Source: an uncultured Dechloromonas sp.
Lineage (GTDB): Bacteria > Pseudomonadota > Gammaproteobacteria > Burkholderiales > Rhodocyclaceae
DNA length: 44,346 bases
Assembly (NCBI GenBank): GCA_964507585.1
Contig: CAZDRS010000001.1
Span: 1 to 44,346, forward strand
Direction of reading: 5' to 3'
The notes under the pieces were generated by a model. The model made no database searches, had not been told where the DNA came from, and worked only from the letters and a program-made list of their open reading frames with translations. Made by a program: the position numbers and the translations under genes. Position 1 is the first letter of the stretch. Each line of letters starts with the position of its first letter. Below, in pieces: positions 9,964 to 18,719 of this stretch.

Positions 9964-10860
9964 TCAGGAAACCGGCATGCCGGCGCCGATGCCGCGCGCC
10001 GCTGGCGGGATGCCGGCAACCGGCAGATTGACGACGACCTGGCCGGTGCCCGAGCTTTCGAAGTACGGGCAGACGATTTCGGCCTTGCCTTCGTACTTGT
10101 CCCAGCCGATGGCGCCGAACAGCATGGCGGTGTCGTGCATCTTGCCTTCGCCGGTGCAGTACTGGGCGTACTCGGGCAGCATGCGCAGGAAGGTGGCCCA
10201 CTCGCCGCCCTCCCACAGTTGCAGGGCGCGCAGGTCGACCTGCTTGTTGAATTCGCGGCTGATGGTGTTGAAGCCCTGCTCGACCAGGCGGTTTTCCCAG
10301 ATCTGGTGCGACATCGAGCCGCTGGCGACGATGGCTACCTTGCAGTTGCTGCGGGCGACGGCCTTGGCCAGCGCCTCGCCGAGGATGCGCGACTCTTCCA
10401 GCGAACCGAAGGTGCTCCAGCCGGCAATCGACACGACCCGGATCTTGCCTTCCGGGTTCATGTAGCGCATGGGCAGGATGGTGCCGTATTCGAGGTCGAG
10501 CGACGGCACCCGGTGGGCGCGCGTCTTGACGCCCATGGCCGTGGCTTCCTCGGCGATCAGGTCGCCCAGTTCCGGGTTGCCCGGGAATTCGTAGGGCAAA
10601 TCCTGGATGAAGTGCGGGAACTCGTGGCTGGTGTAGTTGCCCTTGTGCACCGCGTTGTTGTTGATGTGGTAGCCGGCGTTGACCAGCCAGTGCGTGTCGA
10701 ACACGATGAAGGTGTCGACGCCCAGTTCGACGGCCCGACGGCCGAGTTCGCGCTCGGCGTCGATGGCGGCCTGGCGGCAGCCGTGGGCCGGGCCCGGCTG
10801 TTCGGAAATAAGCATCGACGGCACGTGCGTGCACTTGATGGCCATGACGATTTCACCCAT
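9964..10860 (-). CDS. hpaD: 3,4-dihydroxyphenylacetate 2,3-dioxygenase, second divergent paralog
   Basis: THVPSM, FDTHWLVN, LEYGT, SGSMSH, GEGKMHDT and SSGTGQ. Start at MGEIVM with an AGGAG RBS; the longer ORF-track start runs through a repeat. Confidence 0.88.
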   Translation of the reverse strand: MGEIVMAIKCTHVPSMLISEQPGPAHGCRQAAIDAERELGRRAVELGVDTFIVFDTHWLVNAGYHINNNAVHKGNYTSHEFPHFIQDLPYEFPGNPELGDLIAEEATAMGVKTRAHRVPSLDLEYGTILPMRYMNPEGKIRVVSIAGWSTFGSLEESRILGEALAKAVARSNCKVAIVASGSMSHQIWENRLVEQGFNTISREFNKQVDLRALQLWEGGEWATFLRMLPEYAQYCTGEGKMHDTAMLFGAIGWDKYEGKAEIVCPYFESSGTGQVVVNLPVAGIPPAARGIGAGMPVS

Positions 10861-10943
10861 GAATCTGTCTCCTGTAGATTGTTTTGAAGGTTTCTCTGTC
10901 AAGGTGACGTAACGGCTTTCCTGAAAGCCCCGCCACCCCCCAC

Positions 10944-11027
10944 CGTCATTCCCGCGCAAGCGGGAATCCAGGGCAGCGGGCACGGCCCTTGGTGCATCTC
11001 TGGATTCCCGCTTTCGCGGGAATGACG
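10944..11027. repeat. dRS3/REP-like doublet, copy 3
   Basis: GTCATTCCCGCGCAAGCGGGAATCCAG...CTGGATTCCCGCTTTCGCGGGAATGAC, between the two hpaD genes. Confidence 0.9.
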
Positions 11028-11060
11028 AAGGGAAGCCTGGGGCATCTTTCTCAAGCTCTT

Positions 11061-11909
11061 TTAAACGGGAAAAACGACGTTGATCTGGCCGGTGCCGGAC
11101 GAACCGAAATACGGCGTGACCACCTCCGCCTTGCCCTGGTAGTCCTCGGCGCCGAGCACGCCGAGCAGCATCGCCGTGTCGTGCATCATCCCTTCGCCAT
11201 GGCACTTCACCGCGTACTCGGGCAGCATGCCGCAGAAGGTCTTCCAGTCGCCCTTCTGCCACAGGTCGACGACGTGGTGATCGACGGTTTCCAGGAACGG
11301 GTCCCAGACCTTGTGCAGGAACTGGTCGGACACGCCGTTCTGCGCGAAGCGGTGCGACAGCGAGCCGGACGCCAGCACGGCGACGGTGCCGTCGAACTTT
11401 TCCTCGATGGCCTTGCGCACGGCGCGGCCCAGCGCGATGGAATCGGCCAGGTTATGCACGGTGCACAGCGCGGAGACAGAAACGACCTTGAAGCGCTTGT
11501 CCTCGTTCATGTAGCGCATCGGCACCAGCGTGCCGTACTCCAGCGCCAGGCTGGTCGCGTCGTGGGCACGGGTATGCACGCCGGCGGCGGTCGCCGTTTC
11601 GGCGATGGCATGGCCGAGGGCCGGGCTGCCTTCGTAGGCGAAAGGCATGTTCTTGATGAAGTGCGGCAGCTCGTTGGAGGTGTAGATGCCCTCCCACGAC
11701 GGCGCGCAATTGATGTGGTAGCCGGAATTGACCAGCCAGTGCGTGTCGAAGACGACGATGGTGTCGACGTTCAACTCACGCATGCGGCGGGCGATTTCCT
11801 TGTGGCCGTCGATGGCGGCCTGACGGCAGCCCTTGTGCGGCCCGTCCTGCTCCGACAGGTACATCGACGGAACGTGGGTGATCTTGGCGGCGAGTGCGAG
11901 TTTGCCCAT
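11061..11909 (-). CDS. hpaD: 3,4-dihydroxyphenylacetate 2,3-dioxygenase (canonical type)
   Basis: MGKLALAAKITHVPSMYLSE start as in enterobacterial HpaD, plus DTHW, SGSLSH and GEGMMHDT. AGGAG RBS. Confidence 0.94.
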   Translation of the reverse strand: MGKLALAAKITHVPSMYLSEQDGPHKGCRQAAIDGHKEIARRMRELNVDTIVVFDTHWLVNSGYHINCAPSWEGIYTSNELPHFIKNMPFAYEGSPALGHAIAETATAAGVHTRAHDATSLALEYGTLVPMRYMNEDKRFKVVSVSALCTVHNLADSIALGRAVRKAIEEKFDGTVAVLASGSLSHRFAQNGVSDQFLHKVWDPFLETVDHHVVDLWQKGDWKTFCGMLPEYAVKCHGEGMMHDTAMLLGVLGAEDYQGKAEVVTPYFGSSGTGQINVVFPV

Positions 11910-11940
11910 TGATGTCTCCTTCAATTCTTCTAAATCGTTG

Positions 11941-12050
11941 ACGCGGATGCTGCGGATTTCACTGATGGACGCGGATCAAAACCTAAGACGCACCGGCTGC
12001 TTGCATTACCCTTATCCGCGCTCATCCGCGTCATCCAAAAATCCGCGTTT
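11941..12050. repeat. Inverted array of degenerate ~9-bp repeats (CGCGGAT / ATCCGCG)
   Basis: ACGCGGATG-CTGCGGATT-TCACTGATG-GACGCGGATC on the left; ATCCGCG-CTC-ATCCGCG-TCATCCAAAA-ATCCGCGTT on the right. Confidence 0.7.
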
Positions 12051-12070
12051 ACGCTTTTCCATCCGCCCAA

Positions 12071-13525
12071 TCAAACGCCCCAGCGCGGAATATGGTGGCT
12101 GCCGTACGACACGGCGATGTTCTTGGCTTCGCAGAACACCTCGTAGCTGTAGTGGTTGCCTTCGCGGCCGGTGCCGGAAGCCTTGCTGCCGCCGAAGGGT
12201 TGGCGCAGGTCGCGGACGTTCTGGCTGTTGACGAAGGTCATGCCCGACTCGATGGCCTTGGCCAGGCGGATGGCTCGGCCGGTGTTGTTGGTCCACAGGT
12301 AGGACGACAGGCCGTAGATGGTGTCGTTGGCGATGGCGATGGCTTCCTCTTCGGTCTTGAAGCGGATGATGCACGGCACCGGGCCGAAGATTTCTTCCTG
12401 GGCGATGCGCATCTTGTTGTCGACATTGGCGAAGACGGTCGGCTGCACCCAGAAGCCGTTTTTGAATTTGGCCGGAATTTCCGGTTGACCGCCGCCAAAG
12501 ACGACTTCGGCGCCTTCCTGCTTGCCGAGTTCGATGTAGTAATTGACCTTGTCCTGATGGCCCTTGGAGATCATCGGGCCGATGATGGTGCTCGGGTCCA
12601 TCGGGTCGCCGACCTTGATCTTGGCGGCACGGGCGGCGAAATCGGCGACGAACTTGTCGTAGATGCCGGCCTGCACGATGATCCGCGAGCCGGCAGTGCA
12701 GCGCTCGCCGTTGTTCGAGAAGATCATGAAGATGGCGGCGTCGAGGGCGCGTTCGTAGTCGGCGTCGTCGAAGATGATGAACGGCGACTTGCCGCCCAGT
12801 TCCATCGAGAATTTCTTCAGGCCCGCCGACTTGACGATGCGGTTGCCGGTCGCCGTCGAGCCGGTGAAGGAGATGGAGCGGACATCCGGATGCGAGACGA
12901 GCGGCTCGCCGGCCTTGTCGCCAAAGCCCTGCACGACGTTGAAGACGCCTGGCGGAATGCCGGCTTCGAGGGCCAGTTCGCCGAGGCGGTTGGCGGTCAG
13001 CGGCGACAGCTCGGACATCTTCATCACGGCCGTGTTGCCGAAGGCCAGGCAGGGCGCGGTCTTCCAGGTGGCGGTCATGAACGGCACGTTCCACGGCGAG
13101 ATCAGCGCGCAGACGCCGACCGGCTGCCACAGCGTGTAGTTCAGGTGGCCGGTGTCGGAATCGTAGGTTTCGCCGTGCATGTGCTGGATCAGCTCGGCGA
13201 AGTAGTTGAAGTTGTCGGAGGCGCGCGGCACCAGCACCTTCTTGGTCTGGTAGGTGACCTGGCCGGTATCGGCGGTCTCCATGTCGGCGATCGGCTCGAC
13301 GTTGGCGGCGATCAGCTCGCCCAAGCGGCGCACCAGGCGGGCGCGTTCCTTGACTGGCGTCGCCGCCCAGCCCGGGAAGGCAGCCTTGGCGGCGGCGACG
13401 GCGGCGTTCACCTCCTCCGCACCGCCGCTGGCGACTTCGGCGATCACTTCGCCGGTGGCCGGGTTGATGGTCTGGAAGGTTTCCCTGCTGTCGACCTTCT
13501 GGCCGTTGATGATGTGCTTGATCAT
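12071..13525 (-). CDS. hpaE: 5-carboxymethyl-2-hydroxymuconate semialdehyde dehydrogenase
   Basis: SPWNVPFMTATWK, KKFSMELGGKSP, NGERCTAGSR, NSQNVRDLRQPFGG and HHIPRWG. Confidence 0.95.
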   Translation of the reverse strand: MIKHIINGQKVDSRETFQTINPATGEVIAEVASGGAEEVNAAVAAAKAAFPGWAATPVKERARLVRRLGELIAANVEPIADMETADTGQVTYQTKKVLVPRASDNFNYFAELIQHMHGETYDSDTGHLNYTLWQPVGVCALISPWNVPFMTATWKTAPCLAFGNTAVMKMSELSPLTANRLGELALEAGIPPGVFNVVQGFGDKAGEPLVSHPDVRSISFTGSTATGNRIVKSAGLKKFSMELGGKSPFIIFDDADYERALDAAIFMIFSNNGERCTAGSRIIVQAGIYDKFVADFAARAAKIKVGDPMDPSTIIGPMISKGHQDKVNYYIELGKQEGAEVVFGGGQPEIPAKFKNGFWVQPTVFANVDNKMRIAQEEIFGPVPCIIRFKTEEEAIAIANDTIYGLSSYLWTNNTGRAIRLAKAIESGMTFVNSQNVRDLRQPFGGSKASGTGREGNHYSYEVFCEAKNIAVSYGSHHIPRWGV

Positions 13526-13580
13526 GCTGTCCTCGCTTTTAGTCTTTGGTGGGCGAAACTAAGAAAGTGCTGAATGGTTC

Positions 13581-13647
13581 GTCATCCCCGCGGAGGCGGG
13601 GATCCAGTTGCTTGCCTTCGCTGGATTCCCGCCTCCGCGGGAATGAC
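13581..13647. repeat. dRS3/REP-like doublet, copy 4
   Basis: GTCATCCCCGCGGAGGCGGGGATCCAG...CTGGATTCCCGCCTCCGCGGGAATGAC. Confidence 0.9.
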
Positions 13648-13671
13648 AATTCCGAATGGATCAGCGCCTCC

Positions 13672-14433
13672 TTAATTGGCGAAGTAAGTCTGGTCGTCGA
13701 CGATGGTGTTGACCAGGCAACACACGCCTTCGACCTCGGTTTCGACGACATCGCCCGGCTTCACGTCAGCCAGGCCTTCCGGCGTACCGGTCAGGATCAC
13801 GTCGCCCGGGTTCAGGGTCATAAAGGACGACAGGTATTCGATCAGGGTCGGGATGTCGAAGATCATGTCGGCCGTGGTGCCTTCCTGCGTCGTCTTGCCG
13901 TTGACCCGCGTTGTCAGCTTCAGCGCCATCGGGTTCGGCACGTCGGCGGCATCGACCAGCCAGGGGCCGAGCGGCGTGCAGGCGTCGCGGTTCTTGACGC
14001 GCAGGTTGGGGCGGTAATAGTTCTCGAGGTAGTCGCGGATGGCGTAGTCGTTGGCCACCGTGTAGCCGGCGACGATGTCCATGGCGTCGGCCTTCTTGAC
14101 GTTCTTGCCGGTCTTGCCGATGACGACGGCCAGCTCGCACTCGTAGTGCATGTAGGTGGCGTCAGCCGGACGGCGCGTATCGGCCTTGTGACCGGTGATG
14201 GCGTTCGGCCCCTTGAGGAAGACGAGCGGCACTTCCGGCGCCTTGAAGGCCAGTTCCTTGGCGTGGTCGGCGTAGTTCAGGCCGAGCGCGAAGACGGTGC
14301 CGACCTCGACCGGCGGCAGCCACTGGAAATCGCCTTCGTTCACGCGGCGGCCATCGGCCAGCTGGACGCGACCGTCGGCGGCTTGCGTCACCTGATGGAC
14401 GGCGCCGTTGTAACTGATACGACCGTGCTTCAT
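13672..14433 (-). CDS. hpaG: HpaG C-terminal-type subunit (FAH-family decarboxylase/isomerase)
   Basis: FALGLNYADH, MHYECEL, NDYAIRDYLENYYRPNLRVK and LTGTPEG. Its ATG overlaps the upstream TGA (ATGA). Confidence 0.92.
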   Translation of the reverse strand: MKHGRISYNGAVHQVTQAADGRVQLADGRRVNEGDFQWLPPVEVGTVFALGLNYADHAKELAFKAPEVPLVFLKGPNAITGHKADTRRPADATYMHYECELAVVIGKTGKNVKKADAMDIVAGYTVANDYAIRDYLENYYRPNLRVKNRDACTPLGPWLVDAADVPNPMALKLTTRVNGKTTQEGTTADMIFDIPTLIEYLSSFMTLNPGDVILTGTPEGLADVKPGDVVETEVEGVCCLVNTIVDDQTYFAN

Positions 14434-15074
14434 GCGGCGACTCCTTGGGCGATGGTGAAAGTCAGGCTGCCGAGGCCTTCGGCGCTGATGCGGACGGAAC
14501 TGCCGGCCTTGGCCTGCGGCGCCATGTAGCGCACGCCGACGAGCAGCACATCGCCCTGGCTGAGCGTCATCCACTCGGTGACGTCGGCGAGCAGCCTGGC
14601 CGGGGAACGGATCAGGTCGTTCAGCGAACGGGTGTCGACTACCTGGCCGTCGATTTCCGTCGTCAGCGCCAGCCTGGACAGATCGGCCAGCGGCTTGACC
14701 GACGAAATCGGCAGCGCACCGTCGAAGCACTTCTCGCGGATGGCCGGACGGTAATAGCTGGTGTGCGGCAGGCTCAGGTCGGCGGCCAGCACGACGCCGG
14801 CGACCGATTCCAGCGCATTGTCGGCAGCCAGGCGGCCGGCGGCGCGGCCCATGACCAGGCCGATGGTGGCGGCGACTTCGACGCTGTCCGCACCGGCCGG
14901 CAGGCTGACGACCGAGCCGCAACCGACGCGGGTGTTGGCCGGCTTGAGATAGAGCACCGGGGCCTTCGGCGCGCCCTTGTACGGCGCCTCCTCCAGCGAA
15001 CCGATTTTCTGGACGGAGACGGTGTCATTGAGGATGACGCCGTACACCGTGCCGCACACTTGCTGTTTGATCAT
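14430..15074 (-). CDS. hpaG: HpaG N-terminal-type subunit (FAH family)
   Basis: GTVYGVILN, PYKGAPKAPVLYLKPANT and YYRPAIREKCFDG. Confidence 0.88.
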   Translation of the reverse strand: MIKQQVCGTVYGVILNDTVSVQKIGSLEEAPYKGAPKAPVLYLKPANTRVGCGSVVSLPAGADSVEVAATIGLVMGRAAGRLAADNALESVAGVVLAADLSLPHTSYYRPAIREKCFDGALPISSVKPLADLSRLALTTEIDGQVVDTRSLNDLIRSPARLLADVTEWMTLSQGDVLLVGVRYMAPQAKAGSSVRISAEGLGSLTFTIAQGVAA

Positions 15075-15089
15075 GCTTCTAGACTCCGC

Positions 15090-16418
15090 TCAACCGAGGT
15101 AATGCACCAGGCCGAGACACAGGACAGGGAAGAAAACGAGGGCGACGATGCGGATGAAGTCCGAGGCCAGGAAAGGCATCACACCCCAGGCGGTATCCTT
15201 CATCGGCACATCCTTGGCGATCTTGTTGATGACGTACAGGTTCATGCCGACCGGCGGATGAACCAGGCCGATTTCGACGACCATCAGGGCCAGGATGCCG
15301 AACCAGATCGACTTGTCTTCGACGGCCATGCCGAAGAAATCCAAGCCCATGACCATCGGATAGAAAATGGGAATGGTCAAGAGGATCATGGCCAGCGAAT
15401 CCATCACGCAGCCGAGCAGGATGTAGATGACCAGGATGGAGAACAGCACGACCAGCGCCGGCAGGCCGCTGTTCTGCACCCACAGGGCCAGCTCGGTCGG
15501 CATTTGCGACAGGGCCAGGCTGGAGTTCAGCAGGTCGGCGCCGATCAGCACCATGAAGATCATGCCCGTGGCGTGGGCCGTGCCATAGACGCTCTGCAGG
15601 AAGTCCTTGGTGCGCATGCCGCCGGACACTGCGGCGATGATGCCGCAGGCCGCCGCGCCGATCGAAGCGGCTTCGGTCGGGTTGGCCCAGCCGTCATAGA
15701 TGCCAACGATGACCACCATGAACACGAGCAGCACCGGGATGATGTTGATCTGCGCCTTGATCATGTCGCCGAACGGCACCTTGGCGCCGGCCGGACCGGC
15801 CTTCGGGTCGCGGCGAACCTGGATGGCGATGACGATCAGGTAGCCCAGCGCGGCGATGATGCCGGGAACGACGGCGGCGACGAACAGCTTGCCGATCGAT
15901 TCCTGGGTCAGCACGGCGTAGATGACCAGCGGCACGGACGGCGGGATCAGGATGCCCAGCGTGCCGGACGCGGCCAGCGTGGCGGTGGACAGCTTGCCGG
16001 AATAGCCGTTGGCCTTGAGTTCCGGCAGCGCGACCTGCCCCATCGTCGCGGCGGTGGCCAGCGACGAGCCGCAGATGGCGCCGAACGCCGCGCAGGCCGC
16101 CGTTGCGGCCATCGCCAGGCCGCCGCGCCAGTGGCCGATCAGCGAGCCGGCTGCCTTGAACAGCGCCTTGGACAGGCCGCCATGCGTGGCGAACTGCCCC
16201 ATCAGGATGAACAGCGGAATGACCGCCAGGTCGTAGTTGGAAACCCGGGCGTAGACCAGGTTGTTCAGGGTGTACAGCAGGCCGGACGTCTCGCCGGCAT
16301 TCATGACCAGGTAGATGCCGGCGCCGGTGATGAACATGGCCATCGTGATATGCACGCGAACGGCCAGCATCGCCAGCAGGCAGCCGAAACCGATCAAGCC
16401 TATGGAGGTACCGCTCAT
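15090..16418 (-). CDS. dctM: TRAP transporter large permease
   Basis: IPLFILMG, GAICGSSLATAATM, GTLGILIPPS and PPVGMNLYV. Confidence 0.93.
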   Translation of the reverse strand: MSGTSIGLIGFGCLLAMLAVRVHITMAMFITGAGIYLVMNAGETSGLLYTLNNLVYARVSNYDLAVIPLFILMGQFATHGGLSKALFKAAGSLIGHWRGGLAMAATAACAAFGAICGSSLATAATMGQVALPELKANGYSGKLSTATLAASGTLGILIPPSVPLVIYAVLTQESIGKLFVAAVVPGIIAALGYLIVIAIQVRRDPKAGPAGAKVPFGDMIKAQINIIPVLLVFMVVIVGIYDGWANPTEAASIGAAACGIIAAVSGGMRTKDFLQSVYGTAHATGMIFMVLIGADLLNSSLALSQMPTELALWVQNSGLPALVVLFSILVIYILLGCVMDSLAMILLTIPIFYPMVMGLDFFGMAVEDKSIWFGILALMVVEIGLVHPPVGMNLYVINKIAKDVPMKDTAWGVMPFLASDFIRIVALVFFPVLCLGLVHYLG

Positions 16419-16958
16419 TTACTTGCTCCCCGGAATATTCTTGGTCGGATGAAAATGGGCATAGGCCCGGTACATCGCGCAAATCATCATCAGGAACAGC
16501 CCGGGCACGAGCAGGGCCGTCGGAATCCACAGCGGCAGCGAGACCAGCGTCGTCACTTCCTGCGATTCATGGGTGGCGATCGCCGACAGGATGGTGCGCC
16601 ACACCAGCAGCGCAGACACCACGGCGAACAGGACTTCGGCGATGCCGTCGATCGGGCGCTTCAGCGAATCACGCATGTTCTCGGTGAAGAAATCCACCTT
16701 GATGTGCTCGCCGAGCAGGGTGCAGTACGGCAGGAAGGCCGTCGCCGCGACGGCCGTGCCGGCCTGCATCAGTTCGATGTCGCCGTTCACCGAGCCGAAG
16801 CCCAGCTTGCGGCCGACGATAGATACCAGCGACATGACGATCAGGGCGATGAACAGCACGCCGCCGGAAATCGCCATCGTCTTGCCGGCCATGATCAGGT
16901 AGTGCTCGACCTTGTCGTGCTCCACCAGATCATGGGGCATACCCATCGGATCTTGCAT
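16419..16958 (-). CDS. dctQ: TRAP transporter small permease
   Basis: Four hydrophobic segments and HIKVDFF; lies between dctP and dctM. Confidence 0.88.
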   Translation of the reverse strand: MQDPMGMPHDLVEHDKVEHYLIMAGKTMAISGGVLFIALIVMSLVSIVGRKLGFGSVNGDIELMQAGTAVAATAFLPYCTLLGEHIKVDFFTENMRDSLKRPIDGIAEVLFAVVSALLVWRTILSAIATHESQEVTTLVSLPLWIPTALLVPGLFLMMICAMYRAYAHFHPTKNIPGSK

Positions 16959-16980
16959 GCTGTTCTCCTCGATCCTTGTT

Positions 16981-18000
16981 TTACTTGTTGGTGCCGGTCA
17001 GTTCGCGGGCGGCGGCAATCAGCTTCTTGCCGTCCAGGCCCTTCTCGCCGACCTGCTTGGCCCATTCTTCCTCGACGCTGGCGGTGGCCTGCTTCATGGC
17101 CGTCACCTGGGTGGCGCTCAGCGTGGTGATCTTGTTGCCCTGGGCGGCGATGCGCTTCTTGGTATCGGCAGCGACCTCGTCGAACATGGCGCCGAACTTG
17201 CCGACCATCACTTCGCCGGTGGTCTTGTCGACGATGGCCTTCAGGTCGGCCGGCAAGCCGTCGTACTTCTGCTTGTTCATCAGCACGGTCAGCACGGTGG
17301 CGGTCGGATAGGCCACGCCGTTATCCGGCTGCAGGTGGAACTTGGTGACTTCGGACAGCTTGGTCGGATAGACCAGCTCCCAGGCACCGAGCGAACCATC
17401 GACGACGCCCTTGGAAATGGCCTCGGTGACCTGCGCCGGCGGCATGGCGACGGGCTGGCCGCCCAGCGCCGCCAGGGTCTTGGCGCCGACACGGGTCGAG
17501 GTGCGCAGCTTGAGGCCGGAAAAACCGGTCAGGCCGGCGATCTGCTTGCCGGCGGTGTGCACGGCCTGGCCGCCATCGGTGTGGAAAGCCAGCACCTTGT
17601 AGGCGGCGAATTCCTGCAGGGCGTTCTGTTGGTAATACTTCCACAGCGCCTTGGAGCTGGAGGTCGCGTCCTTGACCATGAACGGCAGTTCGAAGGCCTC
17701 GATGGCCGGGAAGCGGCCGGCCGAGTAGCCGGGGCCGGTCCACACCACGTCGGCGACGCCGTTCTTGACCTGATCGGCCAACTGGGCCGGCGTGCCGCCC
17801 AGCTGCATGGCCGGGTAGAACTGGCACTTGATGCGGCCGTTCGACAGCTTGCCCATCTCGTCGCACCACGGCTGCAGCACCTTCTGCTGGGTCGGCGCGG
17901 CCGACGGCAGGAAATGGGCGATCTTGAAGGTAACTTCTTGAGCCAGAGCCGGAACGGAAGCAGCCATGGCGCCAAGCAAGACAAAGTGACGATAGTTCAT
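16981..18000 (-). CDS. dctP: TRAP substrate-binding protein
   Basis: Signal peptide, YPAMQLGG, GRFP...ELPF and GLKLR. Start MNYRH with a GAGGAG RBS. Confidence 0.92.
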   Translation of the reverse strand: MNYRHFVLLGAMAASVPALAQEVTFKIAHFLPSAAPTQQKVLQPWCDEMGKLSNGRIKCQFYPAMQLGGTPAQLADQVKNGVADVVWTGPGYSAGRFPAIEAFELPFMVKDATSSSKALWKYYQQNALQEFAAYKVLAFHTDGGQAVHTAGKQIAGLTGFSGLKLRTSTRVGAKTLAALGGQPVAMPPAQVTEAISKGVVDGSLGAWELVYPTKLSEVTKFHLQPDNGVAYPTATVLTVLMNKQKYDGLPADLKAIVDKTTGEVMVGKFGAMFDEVAADTKKRIAAQGNKITTLSATQVTAMKQATASVEEEWAKQVGEKGLDGKKLIAAARELTGTNK

Positions 18001-18038
18001 TCGACATCTCCTCGAAGAGTGTGGATTCAATCCACATT

Positions 18039-18088
18039 TATTAACATATTAGTGATCAAATTAAATCACTACTATATTAGTGAGTCAA
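18039..18088 (-). promoter_or_regulatory. Sigma70 promoter of the dctP-hpa operon with two HpaR-like palindromes
   Basis: Minus strand reads TTGACT-17 bp-TTTAAT. Boxes are TATTAACATATTAGTG (18039-18054) and CACTACTATATTAGTG (18067-18082). Confidence 0.75.
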
Positions 18089-18105
18089 CAACTCTTCGAA
18101 ATTTT

Positions 18106-18636
18106 TTACGCTTTTTTTCGTGTGCCCGGATGGCGGTAAATCTGGAAGCGGCCGCCGCGGAAATCGACCTCGTTTTCCAGCCTGGCGCCCACGGCCAGCG
18201 CGACGCGGATCGAGGCCGCGTTGTCGCGGTGGATGAAACTGATCGGCGGCTGGCCGGGATAGACGCGGGACGCCATGTCCTGCACCGCCCGCGCCGCCTC
18301 GCTGGCATAGCCCTGCCCCTGGCATGCCGGCAGCACGGCCCACTTGATCTCGCGCTCGGGAAAATCGGCGGGAAACCACAGGCCGGCGGCACCGACCAGC
18401 GCGCCGCTCGCCTTTTCCTCCAGCGCATACGGCCCGTAGCCGCGCAACAGCCAGTGCCCGGCCAGGGTAGCCGTCAGGCGCCAGCTTTCGCCTTCGCCCA
18501 GCACCCGCCCGAGCGTGTAACGCGTGCAACCGGGGTCGCTGTAATGGGCATGCATGCCGCGCCAATCCTCCTCGCGAAACTGGCGCAGGATCAGTCGCGC
18601 GGATTCGATCCGGGTCGGTATCTCAAATTCGTTCAT
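18106..18636 (-). CDS. GNAT N-acetyltransferase (RimJ/RimL type)
   Basis: ESARLILRQF, QGQGYASEAA acetyl-CoA motif and NAASIRVA...G. Start MNEFEI. Confidence 0.85.
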   Translation of the reverse strand: MNEFEIPTRIESARLILRQFREEDWRGMHAHYSDPGCTRYTLGRVLGEGESWRLTATLAGHWLLRGYGPYALEEKASGALVGAAGLWFPADFPEREIKWAVLPACQGQGYASEAARAVQDMASRVYPGQPPISFIHRDNAASIRVALAVGARLENEVDFRGGRFQIYRHPGTRKKA

Positions 18637-18648
18637 GGCTCGGGCACC

Positions 18649-18676
18649 AAAAAAACCGGCCGCCCACGGCGACCGG
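18649..18676 (-). terminator. Rho-independent terminator after the aldehyde dehydrogenase
   Basis: CCGG-TCGCC/GGCGG-CCGG hairpin followed by T7 on the minus strand. Confidence 0.7.
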
Positions 18677-18719
18677 AAACTCCGCAGAGGAGAGATGACG
18701 ACAGAAATCGGGCGACGAA

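Noticed and set aside
10861-11262. N-terminal extensions of hpaD2 (and likewise of hpaG, YCF48, DUF1329, the cytochromes, aauD and aauE) implying fusions or frameshifts
   Set aside because: The extensions run through repeats or off-frame upstream genes. Each gene has its own RBS or coupled start.
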